From Lytechinus pictus (taxonomy: Eukaryota): a DNA stretch of 64,000 nucleotides. Below, piece after piece: positions 1 to 46,168 of this stretch. A program made the position numbers and the translations under genes. The notes below the pieces were generated by a model that was not told the origin of the DNA, did not search any database, and saw nothing but the letters and a program-made list of their open reading frames with translations. Numbering within the stretch: position 1 is the stretch's first letter; the number at the start of each line of letters is the position of its first letter. The stretch is from the NCBI RefSeq assembly GCF_037042905.1, contig NC_087246.1, forward strand, positions 15,376,001 through 15,440,000, given 5' to 3'.

Positions 1-1762
1 TGTTGTTAGCTTTGTGCATATTAGACCTCTGACACTATGCATCCTGAATGAAGATATAAGAAAAGATAATACAATTTTATTGTAACTGCGAAGATACATC
101 AATATTTATGTGAAGAAAATATCAGAATATGAAATGCATTTGCATTCTCATATTTAGGATGTGGAGTGATGCAAAAGCCAGATTTCTTTCCATATTAGGA
201 CGGCATGATTCTAGATTCATTATACATGCAGCAAGTCCCCAATTTCAGTAATAAGGTAAAATGCAGGACTTTGGGGAGTGTTTTGAGCATTTCAACTCTT
301 GTATTTTGTATATAGAGAAAGAGTGGACTTATTGAAAATGGCAGCTTGTATAATGGACGTGTGAAAATTTGATTCATTGAAAAATAATGGTTTGAATGAA
401 AGGTTGATTTATTCCTGTTATAAGGAATGAAATTTTTAAAGGAGAATGGGTTGACATGCTATCTGGTATTCATCTTAGTCCAAGTTTCACAAAACTATCC
501 CAAGTTTTAATGTTTGTGTGACATCCAAAAGAAACATCAAATAAGTTTGATTTGATATGATGGTTCTTGTGAAATAGACCCTAGCTTTATACCATTAAAC
601 ATTAAAAGACACAAATAATTGCAACATGTATCATGTTGGTTTTCTTTCCTTTTTTTCTCTAGCAGCTACTACAGTTCATGTATTGTAAAATAGCATTTTA
701 TGGTTATTTAAAGTGAAAACTAGTATTGCTTTTTACCAACAATGTGTGTAACATGAAAAACAGATATTATGCCAAATATTGTACATATTGGATAAGGTAT
801 ATAAGAGCTTCGGGCATTATGTAGTAATACATGTACTCGCAGCATCAAGCCAATAGAAAATATTAAGTACCGGTACATGTTTATGGTCTGAATAGTGATT
901 TTCTATCTCTTTACATATCTATCTAATTTGTGAAATATTTTGTAGGTATAAACAGACATTTTCAAATGTAGCATGTTCAAAGATTTTGTTTGTTTGGATT
1001 AATTCTTTCATCTTTGCTGATAACAACAAAAAACATAAATGATATCCGAAACAAAATGTGTTGAATGCAGAAGATATTTGTTTTGTTATATCAAAGGTAA
1101 CACTTTGCTATGCTATTCGTTATTCAAATTAAATGTAGAATTAATCCCATATTTGAATGGATGAACATATATAACCATATATACCCCATGTTTTCCAAAA
1201 ACTTGATAGTACATAAATGGTGATTATAAATAATTACAAGTAGGCCTATAATAGGCCTTGGTTTTGAGAATGCTTTGTAAAACATATGGTACATTTTTTT
1301 AAATCGTGCTCTGAATCACAATGTGACATGTCTTGTGGTATATAGGATGTGTCATGTAATATGTTTTGAGTATTAAGACAGCAATAAAAAAAATGTATGG
1401 ACTGTATACTACCATATTACTTTTCTAGGCCTTTTCATAGAGTGCTTTATCATAGAAATCTTTTGCTCGTCATAGCTTAACAGGCATTCAAGTCAAATAT
1501 TCTCTTTGAGATAACATTATGTAATGCAAGCTTTGAGTGACGTGTGTTGTAATTACAAGTAAAGCATCCAGGAATAGCGATCAAGTACTAGTGTGAAAGG
1601 TATTACATCTTTAAAATGTCGGGTAGTAATGGAAATCTAATCTTCATACTAGATGTGTTGACATCCCGAGTGGACATGCGTTTCATTAGGATGTGGGTGT
1701 ATCTGTGAGATTTGTGAAATAATTATGACCAAGTCATTTCATGGTACACCATGTATTTTTTT

Positions 1763-1904
1763 GTTGGCATATGTTGGTCCTGAAACCACCCAAATTCGAC
1801 GTTTGTACAATTATGTTCTCGTCATCTTCCGGAGAATGCGACAAGAACACACTTGTTTTTAACATCGAGTTTGGGTGGTCGTTTTCAGGACCAACATATG
1901 CCCA
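1763..1904. repeat. Short palindromic MITE-like element
   Basis: Inverted arms ggcatatgttggtcctgaaa / tttcaggaccaacatatgcc, extending imperfectly inward. Confidence 0.6.
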
Positions 1905-2572
1905 CGAAAGAGTACATAGTGTACTGTGAAACCACTACCCTCTTCTTCTTTGCCATAGAAACCTTCAGAAGTTAGACCAAGTAATTTGCTATTTGTCTCC
2001 TTGACTATGCTGAATGTCAAAGTCACATAATTGTATAGCTTGTTTGCCATACCTTTTTGTCATGAGTAATAATGAAAACAAAGATTGCATAATCATACAA
2101 TACTTCTTTGTTTCATTCTGTCTGGCCAAAACCAATGATGAGCTGCAAGTGATATTGTTATTTCATATATACATGTATGTGAGAGTAATCATATTAAAAG
2201 GCTTGTACATAAAAGGCTGATATAGTGTGGAAATGTTGTTTCTGTTTTGAGCATTGGGTCAAATGGCTGCATGGAGGAGTAGGTAGAGATGTAATGGGGT
2301 GAAATATTGATGCTTCAGTTAATGGTGTAATATGCACAGTCAGTATAATAGAGTCAGTTTAGACAAATTTTACTTTGCACTTTGTCTGGCTTCTTTTCAC
2401 TTCATTTACATTTAATTAACATACCCATGCTGGAAATAATCCAGTTTCAAGTACATATATACAAACTAAACACAGAGTAAAACTAATACATAATGCAATC
2501 AATCCTGATGAAATCCTTAATAGGGTATATACATTATCAATAGACGGGTAGTATGCATACAGTTATTTAGAA

Positions 2573-3439
2573 CAGTGCTTCTCAACCTTTTTTTTAACGT
2601 GGAGAAGGTTTACGGTTCACCATGTAATATGAAGAAGGGAAGGAATTATAGGCAGAAAGATTGAATTTGAAGAAACGAGATAGGATGAAAAGAGGAAATT
2701 AGAAGTATTCTTTCTTGAAAGTGTGTGAAGTCCTGAAAAGGACTGTAAACCAGATGAGATAAGCTGAATATGGCTTGAGTAACCTCTTTTCACTTCATCT
2801 TCCTACTACTCAAACCATCGCTACTCAAGCCATATTCAGCTCATCTCATCTGGTTTACAGTCCTTTTTAGGACTTCACTCACTTTCAAGAAAGAATACTT
2901 CTAATTTCCTCTTTTCATCCTATCTCGTCTTTCAATTTCAATCTTTCTGCCTATAATTCCTTTCCTTCTTCATATTACATGGTGAACCGTAAACCTTCTC
3001 CACGTTACAAACTCCACCATGCAAACCTACACAGATCATCTGATTCAGCTTTTTTTTTTTTAGGCCTACCTACCAAAATTTTAAGAAAACGTCCATTTTG
3101 ATGGAAAAATGATTCGTGAAATTTGAACACAAAGCTCTGAAGCACATTCGAAACAGACAGTTTGAGAAAATCTGCATTTGAAAATGTCCGGTAAATAGGC
3201 GACAATTAACTACATACACAATATGCATGCACATGAGGTTCACATTAAAGTTAGTTCGAAACCATCATAGTGTGCATGCTTTGCAACATGCATGATACCT
3301 AAGAGTGTTTTAGTTTTGTTTGACCCATGTAGACTGATCGGACATACTATGTTCAGACAGCTCTGTGAAATATACTATAGTTTTTCTCCTATTTTTTCTC
3401 CCTCTGGAACTTCTTGCGGCCTACCTAAGAGAAGCGCTG
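2573..3439. mobile_element. Non-autonomous hAT (Charlie-like) element
   Basis: TIR CAG(T/C)GCTTCTC; flanks ATTTAGAA and ATTTAAAA (7/8 TSD match). Confidence 0.7.
2597..3005. mobile_element. Foldback MITE nested in the Charlie-like element
   Basis: Arms of about 185 bp (2597-2781 and 2822-3005), nearly identical; TA on both flanks. Confidence 0.85.
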
Positions 3440-5288
3440 ATTTAAAATATTGAATTGTTTCACTTATATTTCCTCTTCTCAGGAGATGTTTTACACAGTT
3501 GATACTTTACAAAGTAAAGTGTTTACAACCTGTGTTAAAACTTAAAGTCATCTTTTATGAGCCAATATGCACTCAGTAAGTATTCGACATCCCCCTCCCC
3601 CAGCATAATGTAGTGGTGTCCTGCACAGTAAGGAATTATATTTAGTCTAAATTATCATGATATTCAGAACCTCATTGTCATTACAGATACAGCCAAGTCT
3701 GCCATAGTCAAATTTCTTATGTACAGAAATCTGTTTGGCTTTGGCAAAATGCAATGTTACTAACAATGAAACAATTACACTTTTTTTTCAAGTAGATGTA
3801 CATAAAGTAGATATTTGTTCACATGATTCATTGCATAATTTGTATCTATATTTTCCTTGGAGTCATAAATAAAAGAAACATATTACCAGGAAACTACTCA
3901 GGATACCGAGATATTTGAGACAAAGATTAAAAATCAAGTTTTATTACTCATTTTTTGTTAATATATTGGACCTGAAACCATTACCATATGAAAATATATT
4001 ACCCACTTAACAATTGTAACAATGACATCTAGTATAAGACATGTATATCAAACTGTTTGGTAAATGTAAACATTCTAAGAGACACTTCACAAGTGTTTCA
4101 TCGCCAAAGTTAACCCTGGAATAGTTTGATGCAAACAACAAAGTTTCAATTGGTGAAGGGAAATATTTCCTTCTTGCAGTTGCCTCCTCTCAGGAAGAGT
4201 GATCATTTGGTTTGATTAATTAATGCAACGTGTTTAATCTAAGGCATTTTTAGACAAAGTATGATAAAGCTCAACAACAAAGCTCAGAAAATTCTTGTAC
4301 AGCGTCAATGGGATACAATACAACAATGAATGTTGCAGGAACGAGATACCATTCCTAGGCGGGGCGCATGAGACATCCTCTCCACCCCCCTCCCTTCAAT
4401 ATTTGATAAACATCCAATGAATATACACTTTGATATAAATTTTTAAAAAAATTCATCTGTGCCAGTTTTCATAAATTGTGGATCTGCCACTGAATGTATG
4501 CGGGTTTATGAGCATAAAGAGGGTAACTTAGATTACAATGTCTGGTCGCTTTAGAGAATGCTTCTGAGCTCTGTCTCACCATGTCCAAACAAGTCTTTAC
4601 AGAACTTTACAAAGTGCATATTCATTATATACATGAAAATAGATGTACATGTGACCTAGGAAAGTCATTGTGCCAGCTAGCCCACTGAATCTTCCTCGAG
4701 TTAATTGACACAACTAGAGTCATTGCATGTAGCAATATCAGGAAAGGGTTTCATGGAGAGTGTTACAAGTGATTTTAATGGAATAGCTTGCTCTCAGCCA
4801 ATCAGATGCAAGTATAATTCTTCATAAAATGCTCCCCAAGCGACCAGACATTTTCCCCTGTGGCACTTCTTCCTACTTTGATGACATATTGGGTTGGGAT
4901 AGGTTGTGATAACATCAATTTCAGGGGGTGTTTCATAAAGCCATTTAAAAGTTACACATAACTATGCATGACCAGTGAACCATTCTTGTGCTACATAAGA
5001 TTCTTACTAATTTGTATTCCCATTAGCTAAAGTTGAAATGCAATTTGTCCAGATTAATATCATCATCTTTAACAGGCATTTAATTTTCGAGTGTATTTAA
5101 CAAATGTCAATATTTGACTAGATTAAAGGGACCATTTTATCATTTGTTCATAACTTACAAAGAGCTTTATGAAACATCCCAAGGATAATGTGACCATTGG
5201 GGTATGGATTAGTTTTAAGGTTAGGAATAATGTGTAGATCTTCCATAGAAATGATTGTTACTTGATTAAATGACATGGAATCACCCAA

Positions 5289-38633
<33,345 letters not shown>

Positions 38634-38830
38634 ACTGATTTCTCAAATCCAACGATAGACCACAAATATAACAGGATTCCTAAACCAACATTGTGTTTTC
38701 ATGTGTATTTTCACTTTTGGTCAAAACCGATTCTTCATGGCGGCCCTATTTCGTCACGTACGCTTAATTAACATACGATTTGCATACTTGCATTAGTAGT
38801 CTACAATCAGTCGTGAATCGGTACAGAAAC
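38634..38830 (-). promoter_or_regulatory. Putative KDM2 5' UTR and core promoter
   Basis: CpG-enriched; YY1-like ATGGCGGC at 38737 and CRE-like CGTCACGT at 38752; directly upstream of exon 1. TSS not determinable. Confidence 0.45.
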
Positions 38831-38855
38831 CAAAACGAAGACACTGGGTGAAGAC

Positions 38856-38881
38856 CATAGAGATGTATATATATCTCTATG
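38856..38881. mobile_element. 26-bp hAT-type micro-element with 8-bp TSD
   Basis: GTGAAGAC|CATAGAGATGTATATATATCTCTATG|GTGAAGAC. Confidence 0.75.
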
Positions 38882-38974
38882 GTGAAGACATCGTTTTCTA
38901 CCCAATTTAATATAATGTATCACTCATAATTTTTGTCAATTAATTAATAACTTTATTTTCCACCCATTCCCTTT

Positions 38975-39273
38975 GCTCTTTGGATTTCATGAGGGAGAAA
39001 CAATCCCAAATAGCGCTTAATTGTAGGAGTGAAAAGTTATCACGGTGTATATATACCAACATGTCTTCTTTATACCGATGTTTTTTACCCGACTGCTAAG
39101 AAAGCACGTATGCCTGTGAGCAAGCAACCAGGGGACCAACGGCTTATTGTCCTTTCCGAGGGACCTGGTAATGAGGATAAATGCCAATTACCAAAGGGCA
39201 CTAGCGCACCACTTGATGGGAATCAAACCCGGTTCACCGGAATCCGAAACCCCCGCTCTACCGACTGAGCTAT
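38975..39273 (-). mobile_element. tRNA-derived SINE upstream of KDM2
   Basis: A box TAGCTCAGTCGG and degenerate B box GGTTTGATTCC on the minus strand; 3' boundary approximate. Confidence 0.65.
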
Positions 39274-39894
39274 ATATAATTCAACCTGAATTTCAACTTG
39301 GCCCAGTAGCAACCTCAGCATGCACAACCCAAGATGCAACATCACTGGGTCTTTTATCATTTTTTTAATAGCGTAACACACTTTTGAAATAAAAAAATTT
39401 ATGTGAAAAAATAAACAAAAAAAATCAAGGTAGGTGTGAAAGAGAAAAGGAATACTAGCTGATTTGGCAGCTTATAAAATGAGATAACTCTGCCTTGCAT
39501 TTCTAAGCCTACTTCTGACAAGAATATGACTTTGAGGTTTTGTCACCCCCCACCTCTATTATTTTAAATGTAGAAGTTTATGGGTGTTTCAAGAAACTTA
39601 TTTGCAATCATCAATTAAGAATTTCAATTGATAATTGAAAAGACTTTAGCAAATCCAACCAAATACTCTTAAACACCAGCTAGTAACATTTTTTTTAAAT
39701 TGCATTCTTTGGACAGATTTTTGCCAAACCTTCATCAAAAACATGTCTTTAGTTTTCTGCCCTAGCTCTTATATTGCATTAAACCTTTGTGCATGAGTGA
39801 CCTTCCCCTTATAACTAATATGAAACATTCCTTGGGTCTGCAAAAAAAATTACCCCCCCCCCTCTTGAAAAATAAACTGTTCTGTGATGCTTAA

Positions 39895-40473
39895 AGGGAT
39901 GCTCCTGGCTGAAAATATTTAGAGTAAAATTCACAGAGCAAATTGCTGAATATTTCACCAAAATCTGATAACAAATAGTTAAGTTATTGAATGTAAAATT
40001 TAGCCATATATTGTGAAAACAGTTATGTGCACGTCATCATGAATATTAATGAGATAGGATGTCACATCCCCACTTTCCTTTTTCTTGTTATTACATGAAA
40101 TAATTGTTTCATTTTTTCATACATGAGTGCAGGATACGTCTCCCTTCATAATGAAATACGTTGCAGCCATGAATATCTAATGCACTTGATCAGTTGTTAT
40201 TCCAATATTTTTGGTTCTTGAAGGAAAAAATTTGAATTAACCTAATTTCATATAATAAAATACAAAAGAACAAGTGGGAATGTGACATCATCGGTTTGCT
40301 CATTGAATATTCATGAATACAAGACCTTTTTCACAACACAGGAATAATGTAAATCTTTAAAATGCCATAACTTTGTTATTCCTTGTCCAATTTTGATCAA
40401 ATTTTTAGTGTTTTGTTTATCTGATTTTATTTAATCTGTTCAAATCATATTATTTTCAGCCTGGAATACCCCT
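39895..40473. mobile_element. Kolobok-like non-autonomous element
   Basis: TTAA|AGGGATGCTCCTGGCTGAAAAT...ATTTTCAGCCTGGAATACCCCT|TTAG. Confidence 0.7.
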
Positions 40474-43400
40474 TTAGGCGCGGTCAACAGCTCATATTTA
40501 GTAATTCACTCGGAAGCGTAAATACTGACAATTTCAGACAAAGAAAGACACAAACATATCTCAAACTTTATATACTGCAGTGTGTAATTAAATTCTTGTA
40601 TTTCATAATAATGTGGTAATAAATCAGATATAACAAAGCATAAAGTTAATAAAATAGTACTTTCAATGGCAATAAATTACATCAAGCGAGTATCACACAG
40701 AGACAAGTTTGCACCTGAAAAATAGCTAATTACTTTCAGAATCTTTTGTGAATACTTAGTAAATTATCAAGTATCATATGAAAGAGGATTTTTTCTTAAA
40801 ATTTTTGTATAATATTTTTGTATGTGATTTAATACTCACATCTTGATGAGCACACACTATTGTTTATCAAAGAGTGAAAAAGAATCAACTTTTGTATATT
40901 GATTAACAGTCACATTACAAAAAAAGCTGTTGATTAATCCCATGTACAGAGACAGTAAATGACAACATCAACTTTATGCATGGCAACACAGGTTTCAAAC
41001 AAAATTAGCATGACGTATCAAAATAATATTTTTGTGGAATCACAAATTGTCCATATTAAATGAAACAGTGATCTATGAATGATGTTCGCTGAGTGAGTCC
41101 TGTGGGAGAAACAACCCATTCACATGCTATTTATATACAAAAAATATATCACTTGATATATTTGGAATAAAACACTCTTTCATACGCTTTGTAATAATCC
41201 ATTCACAAATTATTTTTAAAGTTAGCAGTTGTCCCTGCGTAAAAAAAACCACACATACGGATGAGCAAATAATTGGCACAAAAAGATTTGTTGTTTCTAA
41301 CTACTGACAGGGAGATAAAGCTGTTCATTTGGTCAAAATGCTCATGTGTTCATCACTATGAGGTGAAAGTGAAGTTAGAAAGGGGAAAACAAAATGATTA
41401 ATCAAAGGTGTTTATAGGTCGCCTCATGGAATATGAATAAATGTGTTCATTTTTAATTTTGAAAAGATTCTGGGGGGGAGAGACAAAGTGGTATGTACAT
41501 GCATGTATGCACAAGACCGTAGACGGCACGGGAGACAAGTCTTTTGCAAAATTTTAAAGTACCAGTAATAAATAATTGTGTAAGACATTATGATTTTCAA
41601 AGTGGAGTTTGACTGAATTAAGAGACTGAGGTCTGTAGTCTGAGGTCCAGTTTAACTTAGACCATGGTCTAACTATGTGCTAAAATTATGGGAAGCCAAA
41701 AGAGTCGAAAATGTGTCGACATTAATGTTTCTGATGATCACTGTGCTCTTTCATCATGCTAATGATGCTATGATGGCAAAGAACACTTAATTCATTTATT
41801 ATTCCGAAACAGTTATATGAATGATCTAAGTAACAGAGAAGCTGATAGATCAAACCTGGGGAGCGTTTCATCAATATTTTCATCCGACAAGTTGTCAGAT
41901 CTGACATCTTTCCTTGATTCTGATTGGCTGAGAGGCACTGTTCCTATAGTAACTGTCGGATAAACTGGTACTTGTCGGATAAAATGTCCGACAAGTCCTT
42001 TCATGAAACGCCCCCCTGTACTGTTAGAGATTTGCGTGAAAAATGGCTATCCATAGTTAAACCAGAACTTTCAACCAGAGTTTAACTTAAACCCACATTC
42101 AGAATAGTGCCTTAGAGAAAAAAATCAGACCCCCCCTCCCTCGACCCACCCAACACATTAACTTTTCTTCAAAGTCAGAAGAAATCAACCACCTTTATAT
42201 GCCACCTCATTTATGAAATAATGGATCTATCCCTGAATGTGCCCTTTAAACCCTTATCCAATACATACGAAAGTAGAAAGTATTTAATAATATGAATCAA
42301 TACTTTTACCACCCCACACAAAAAGAAACAAACAAATGAACCAATTTTGAATATCCAGGTAGAAAAGAAAATGTATGACAATGACATACCAATTAATGGT
42401 ACATTACCTTATGGCAAGGAGTAACAAGCATAATCCTGCATGGTTCATATATTTACATTCTTGCTTTTTGTAATTCAAACTGGGAAGTGAATTTCTAGCT
42501 TTGGAGTTGATAAATGAATTAACATAGAGAAATAATGATAACTAGAACATTCAACATCACATGTTGAAAATAACCATACATGCACCATCCATGAAACAAC
42601 CATTCTAATCTTATTATTCTTAACTCTATGAGCAGAAGATGCATTCAGCAACATAATCTACTATTGTCCAATAATCAAGAAAATAATGTGATGTTTCATA
42701 ATGTTGTTTGTTAAAGTAAACTTATACAGCATTGCTGATTAACATGCTTTTTCACTGTGACACTTTGAAAGTTTCTAATAAAAGATATTGGGCCATGCAC
42801 TCATTCCACAGTACATACATGATCACTAACTTCTTTAACATAGAGAGGTGCCAGAAAAATCATGTTATAAAGTACATGTATATTATAGCAGTGTTTTTTT
42901 CCACAAGATTCAACTTTATGAGATCAATAACAAAATTGCAACTTGCAATATCTTGAACAGTTCCTTTTCATGAAATCAAGGCACAGACAAGGCAGTATAC
43001 AATAGAAATAACCGATTACATGTACATATACACAGTTTAGTAAATTTAACAGTGACTAATAAAATGCCTAAAAAGGTTTGCAGTTAATCACAAAGAGCAA
43101 TTGCAAAATATGATCATTTATTTGTTGATATATGCATAATGTTAACAACCCACAATGGACCTATCAGAATAACTATTAAATTTGCAATATATCATAATCC
43201 TTTGTATAATAGGACGCAGGTTAAAAGGGAAACAATTCATATCAGCTGGTATTCAATACCTGGTAGGCCCTATGTGATCCTTTTACAAGCATGTACATGG
43301 AAGCCCAACCAAGAATTTGAGTCCAATTTTAATAACCTGGTTTCTGGTTATAAACTAATTGTCAAGTGTTAAAAGAGTACTGAATATACAAGCTAATAGC

Positions 43401-43479
43401 AAATATTTCATTCAATTTCTGCATTTGATATCAGAGAAAGACTTTATGAAATTTGAACAAATGCTATATATTACACCAA

Positions 43480-43701
43480 GGGGCAATTCCATAAAATATG
43501 TATGTCCGACCTCATGTATGTGAGACCTTCATGAAATTTTCTGTCTCTGATTTCTAGTTCTTTCGACAGTCTGTAATGCTCTCAAATGATCATGACTTGG
43601 TCAGTTTATGAAGTGAAGTAAGACTTGGTAAAAATGGGGGTCAGATGTAATTTAGTCAGATGTACAAAAAGGTTATGGTAATTATTTTATGGAATTGCCC
43701 C
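43480..43701. mobile_element. MITE
   Basis: 18-bp TIR GGGGCAATTCCATAAAAT; TSD ambiguous. Confidence 0.65.
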
Positions 43702-46168
43702 AAGGTTGACTTGTGCTGCTCTTCTGTATATTGTTTTCTTTCTTTTTTTTGTGGTAAAGATTTACCAGGAGTTTTCTCATACTATTTTGTGTTATTATAA
43801 TGTGCCAATAAATCATAATTGTAAATCATTCTTCAAGCTTGATACAAGTAGAGCTTTTCTTTTGGTGAGTTGTGAATTTTGAAGAAAAAAAAACAAATCT
43901 GCTTTACACAATGCACAATGTACAGTTACTACAGTATAACTCAAAAACTTTCAATAGTACATGAGGAAAAAAAAGATTAAGGCATATTGCATATTAACTG
44001 ATTACAAACTATCAACCCATACATGTAAAATGTACCACTCTCCAATCAAAAGAGAGGAAGAAGAAAGGACCATGCCACGATTTTCTTCATAATTACCTAT
44101 ACTATTTCAATCAATTTTAGCTTTATAATGAACCTCACATTTGCAATGACAGAAATGCCATGAAAATATTATATAAAAGATTAAACTAAGGATTCTATTG
44201 CACAAATACAGAAGGAAAAACTCCTTGTCTTATAATACAACTGCTCCACTCAGTCTACACAAGTGTGAAGTGTATGCCCCCCCCCCCAAAAAAAAAAACC
44301 ATGACATCAGAAATAACGTGTACCATGTTTCTTTCCTACATCATGCTGTACAAAACAAGTGCAAATTATTAATAAACTAATGCATTTATCTCATATGTAC
44401 AAGGCTCACATCTCCAATATTCAACTTATGATCTTTAGAAAAATAAATATGTTTAACATAACATTTTTCTGCACATATTATAACCGTCTTTAAAATTTCC
44501 ACTAAAAAGGGTTAACCTACTCAGCACCTACAGAAAAACAAAAAGTGAAAGGATCAACATACTTAGCAGTTAATTTGCAGAAATTACTAACAAAAAATGT
44601 TGATAAATGGGGGACCTCTTAACCAAGGTTACATCATAGGCACTTACTTACATATTCCTACCAGGCAAATATCAAAACTCAAAATCTTATATTCTAATCC
44701 AAATGATAAACAACATGAGGAATAGCCTGACAAACATGCAAGGTTGTGCAGGAATAGGGGCAAAAATACAGCAGTTCAAATTGGTCTTCCTTCAATTCTA
44801 ATCTTAACATTACCAGTATATCAGACATGATATTGAAAAGGCAGCTTCATGCAAGAGAATGCATACTAATACACGTTATAAATACACTGTATAAATCTAT
44901 ACTTTACATATCATAGATTTCCTGACAGCCATTGCTCGATCTTGATTGTTTGTGGCATTTGTTACTTGTTTGCTTCAAATTTTTTGCTTGATTCTGCCTT
45001 CTGTTTATAATTAATACATATGTGTATTTCAAACCATATTCCATTAAAAAAAATATATTTTAAAGAATTAAATTGACTTTTCTGTATGTATATGTAATGA
45101 AATAAAAAAAAATCCAATCTGATTAAATGTTAAATATGAATCATTTAAGAAATTCCATCTTTGGCTATGTTTTTTTAAAGATTGGTTTCATGTTCACTGA
45201 TTTTGTTTCTTCAATATATATTCCTTTAAGTTACATCAAAAGTTGAAAACCAACTTAAATAATGAACATGCCTATACTGAGTGTACCTAATAGCTTAGAT
45301 TTTTAAATAGAAAATAAATAAAGGTGAAAAAATCCTTATATTTTACACATGTAATTAAAGTTGTTTGTTAGATAGTATTCTGTACAAAATAAGCTGTTTA
45401 CAAGACAACTCGATGATCTTTGTTTGAGAAATTACAAGTTTAAATGCCTTTTATATTCTTTCACTGCTTCCTGAAACCAATAATTTTGTGCTGCAAACTA
45501 GATGATAAACTGAACATTACTTTACCAACCACTTTGAATATCAAACTGAGGAGCTGTGATTTAGAAATCAGCCTCTTCAGATAGCAAGGAGTCCCTTTTA
45601 CAGGGTACAAAATTACACATAGGTCATTTCACCATGATCTACATGTAGGTCAACCAGCAGTTAGAAGTTTATAACAACCATTAATGTCACTTGTTTTAAC
45701 TGTCATGTGACATCAGAGTAATCTGCTATCCACCAATCTTAATCAGTTATACATGTAGGTTCCTGCATACACGTATCTGTCAACACACTCCAGCCTGCAA
45801 ACTTTACTTTTAACTCTAATTCTCTTCCCAGGCCTTCACCATTTTATGGTGGCAGCAGTGGGATTTGAACTGTAATTCAAAACATAAAATATACAATCAC
45901 TTACAGTACACTGTACAAGCAATTTTAGTTTGGAATTCTATGGCACATCCAAAATACAATCAATCGTAAATATTGATGTATATCTTTGTATTACAGGGCC
46001 CAGGCATGAAAATATAATCGTCTAGAAATTCAACTTTCATTTCACTTCAGCATGAATAACCTGCCATACTGCTCCAAATTGGCAAAAGGACCAACCCAAA
46101 TAGGAGTGGATGTTTTTTAATTTTACCTGATTTGTTCAATCTATCTTTGTGAAATACCCAACTCCATT

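Noticed and set aside
1-2220. Possible 3' UTR of an upstream plus-strand gene (AATAAA at 1383)
   Set aside because: No coding exon is visible; composition alone is insufficient.
4537-4852. Perfect 15-bp inverted repeat aatgtctggtcgctt / aagcgaccagacatt
   Set aside because: No TSD or further pairing seen; cannot distinguish an RNA stem from an old MITE remnant.
39190-39273. tRNA-like sequence (also 34745-34819)
   Set aside because: A/B boxes are present but no complete cloverleaf, and both continue into SINE bodies.
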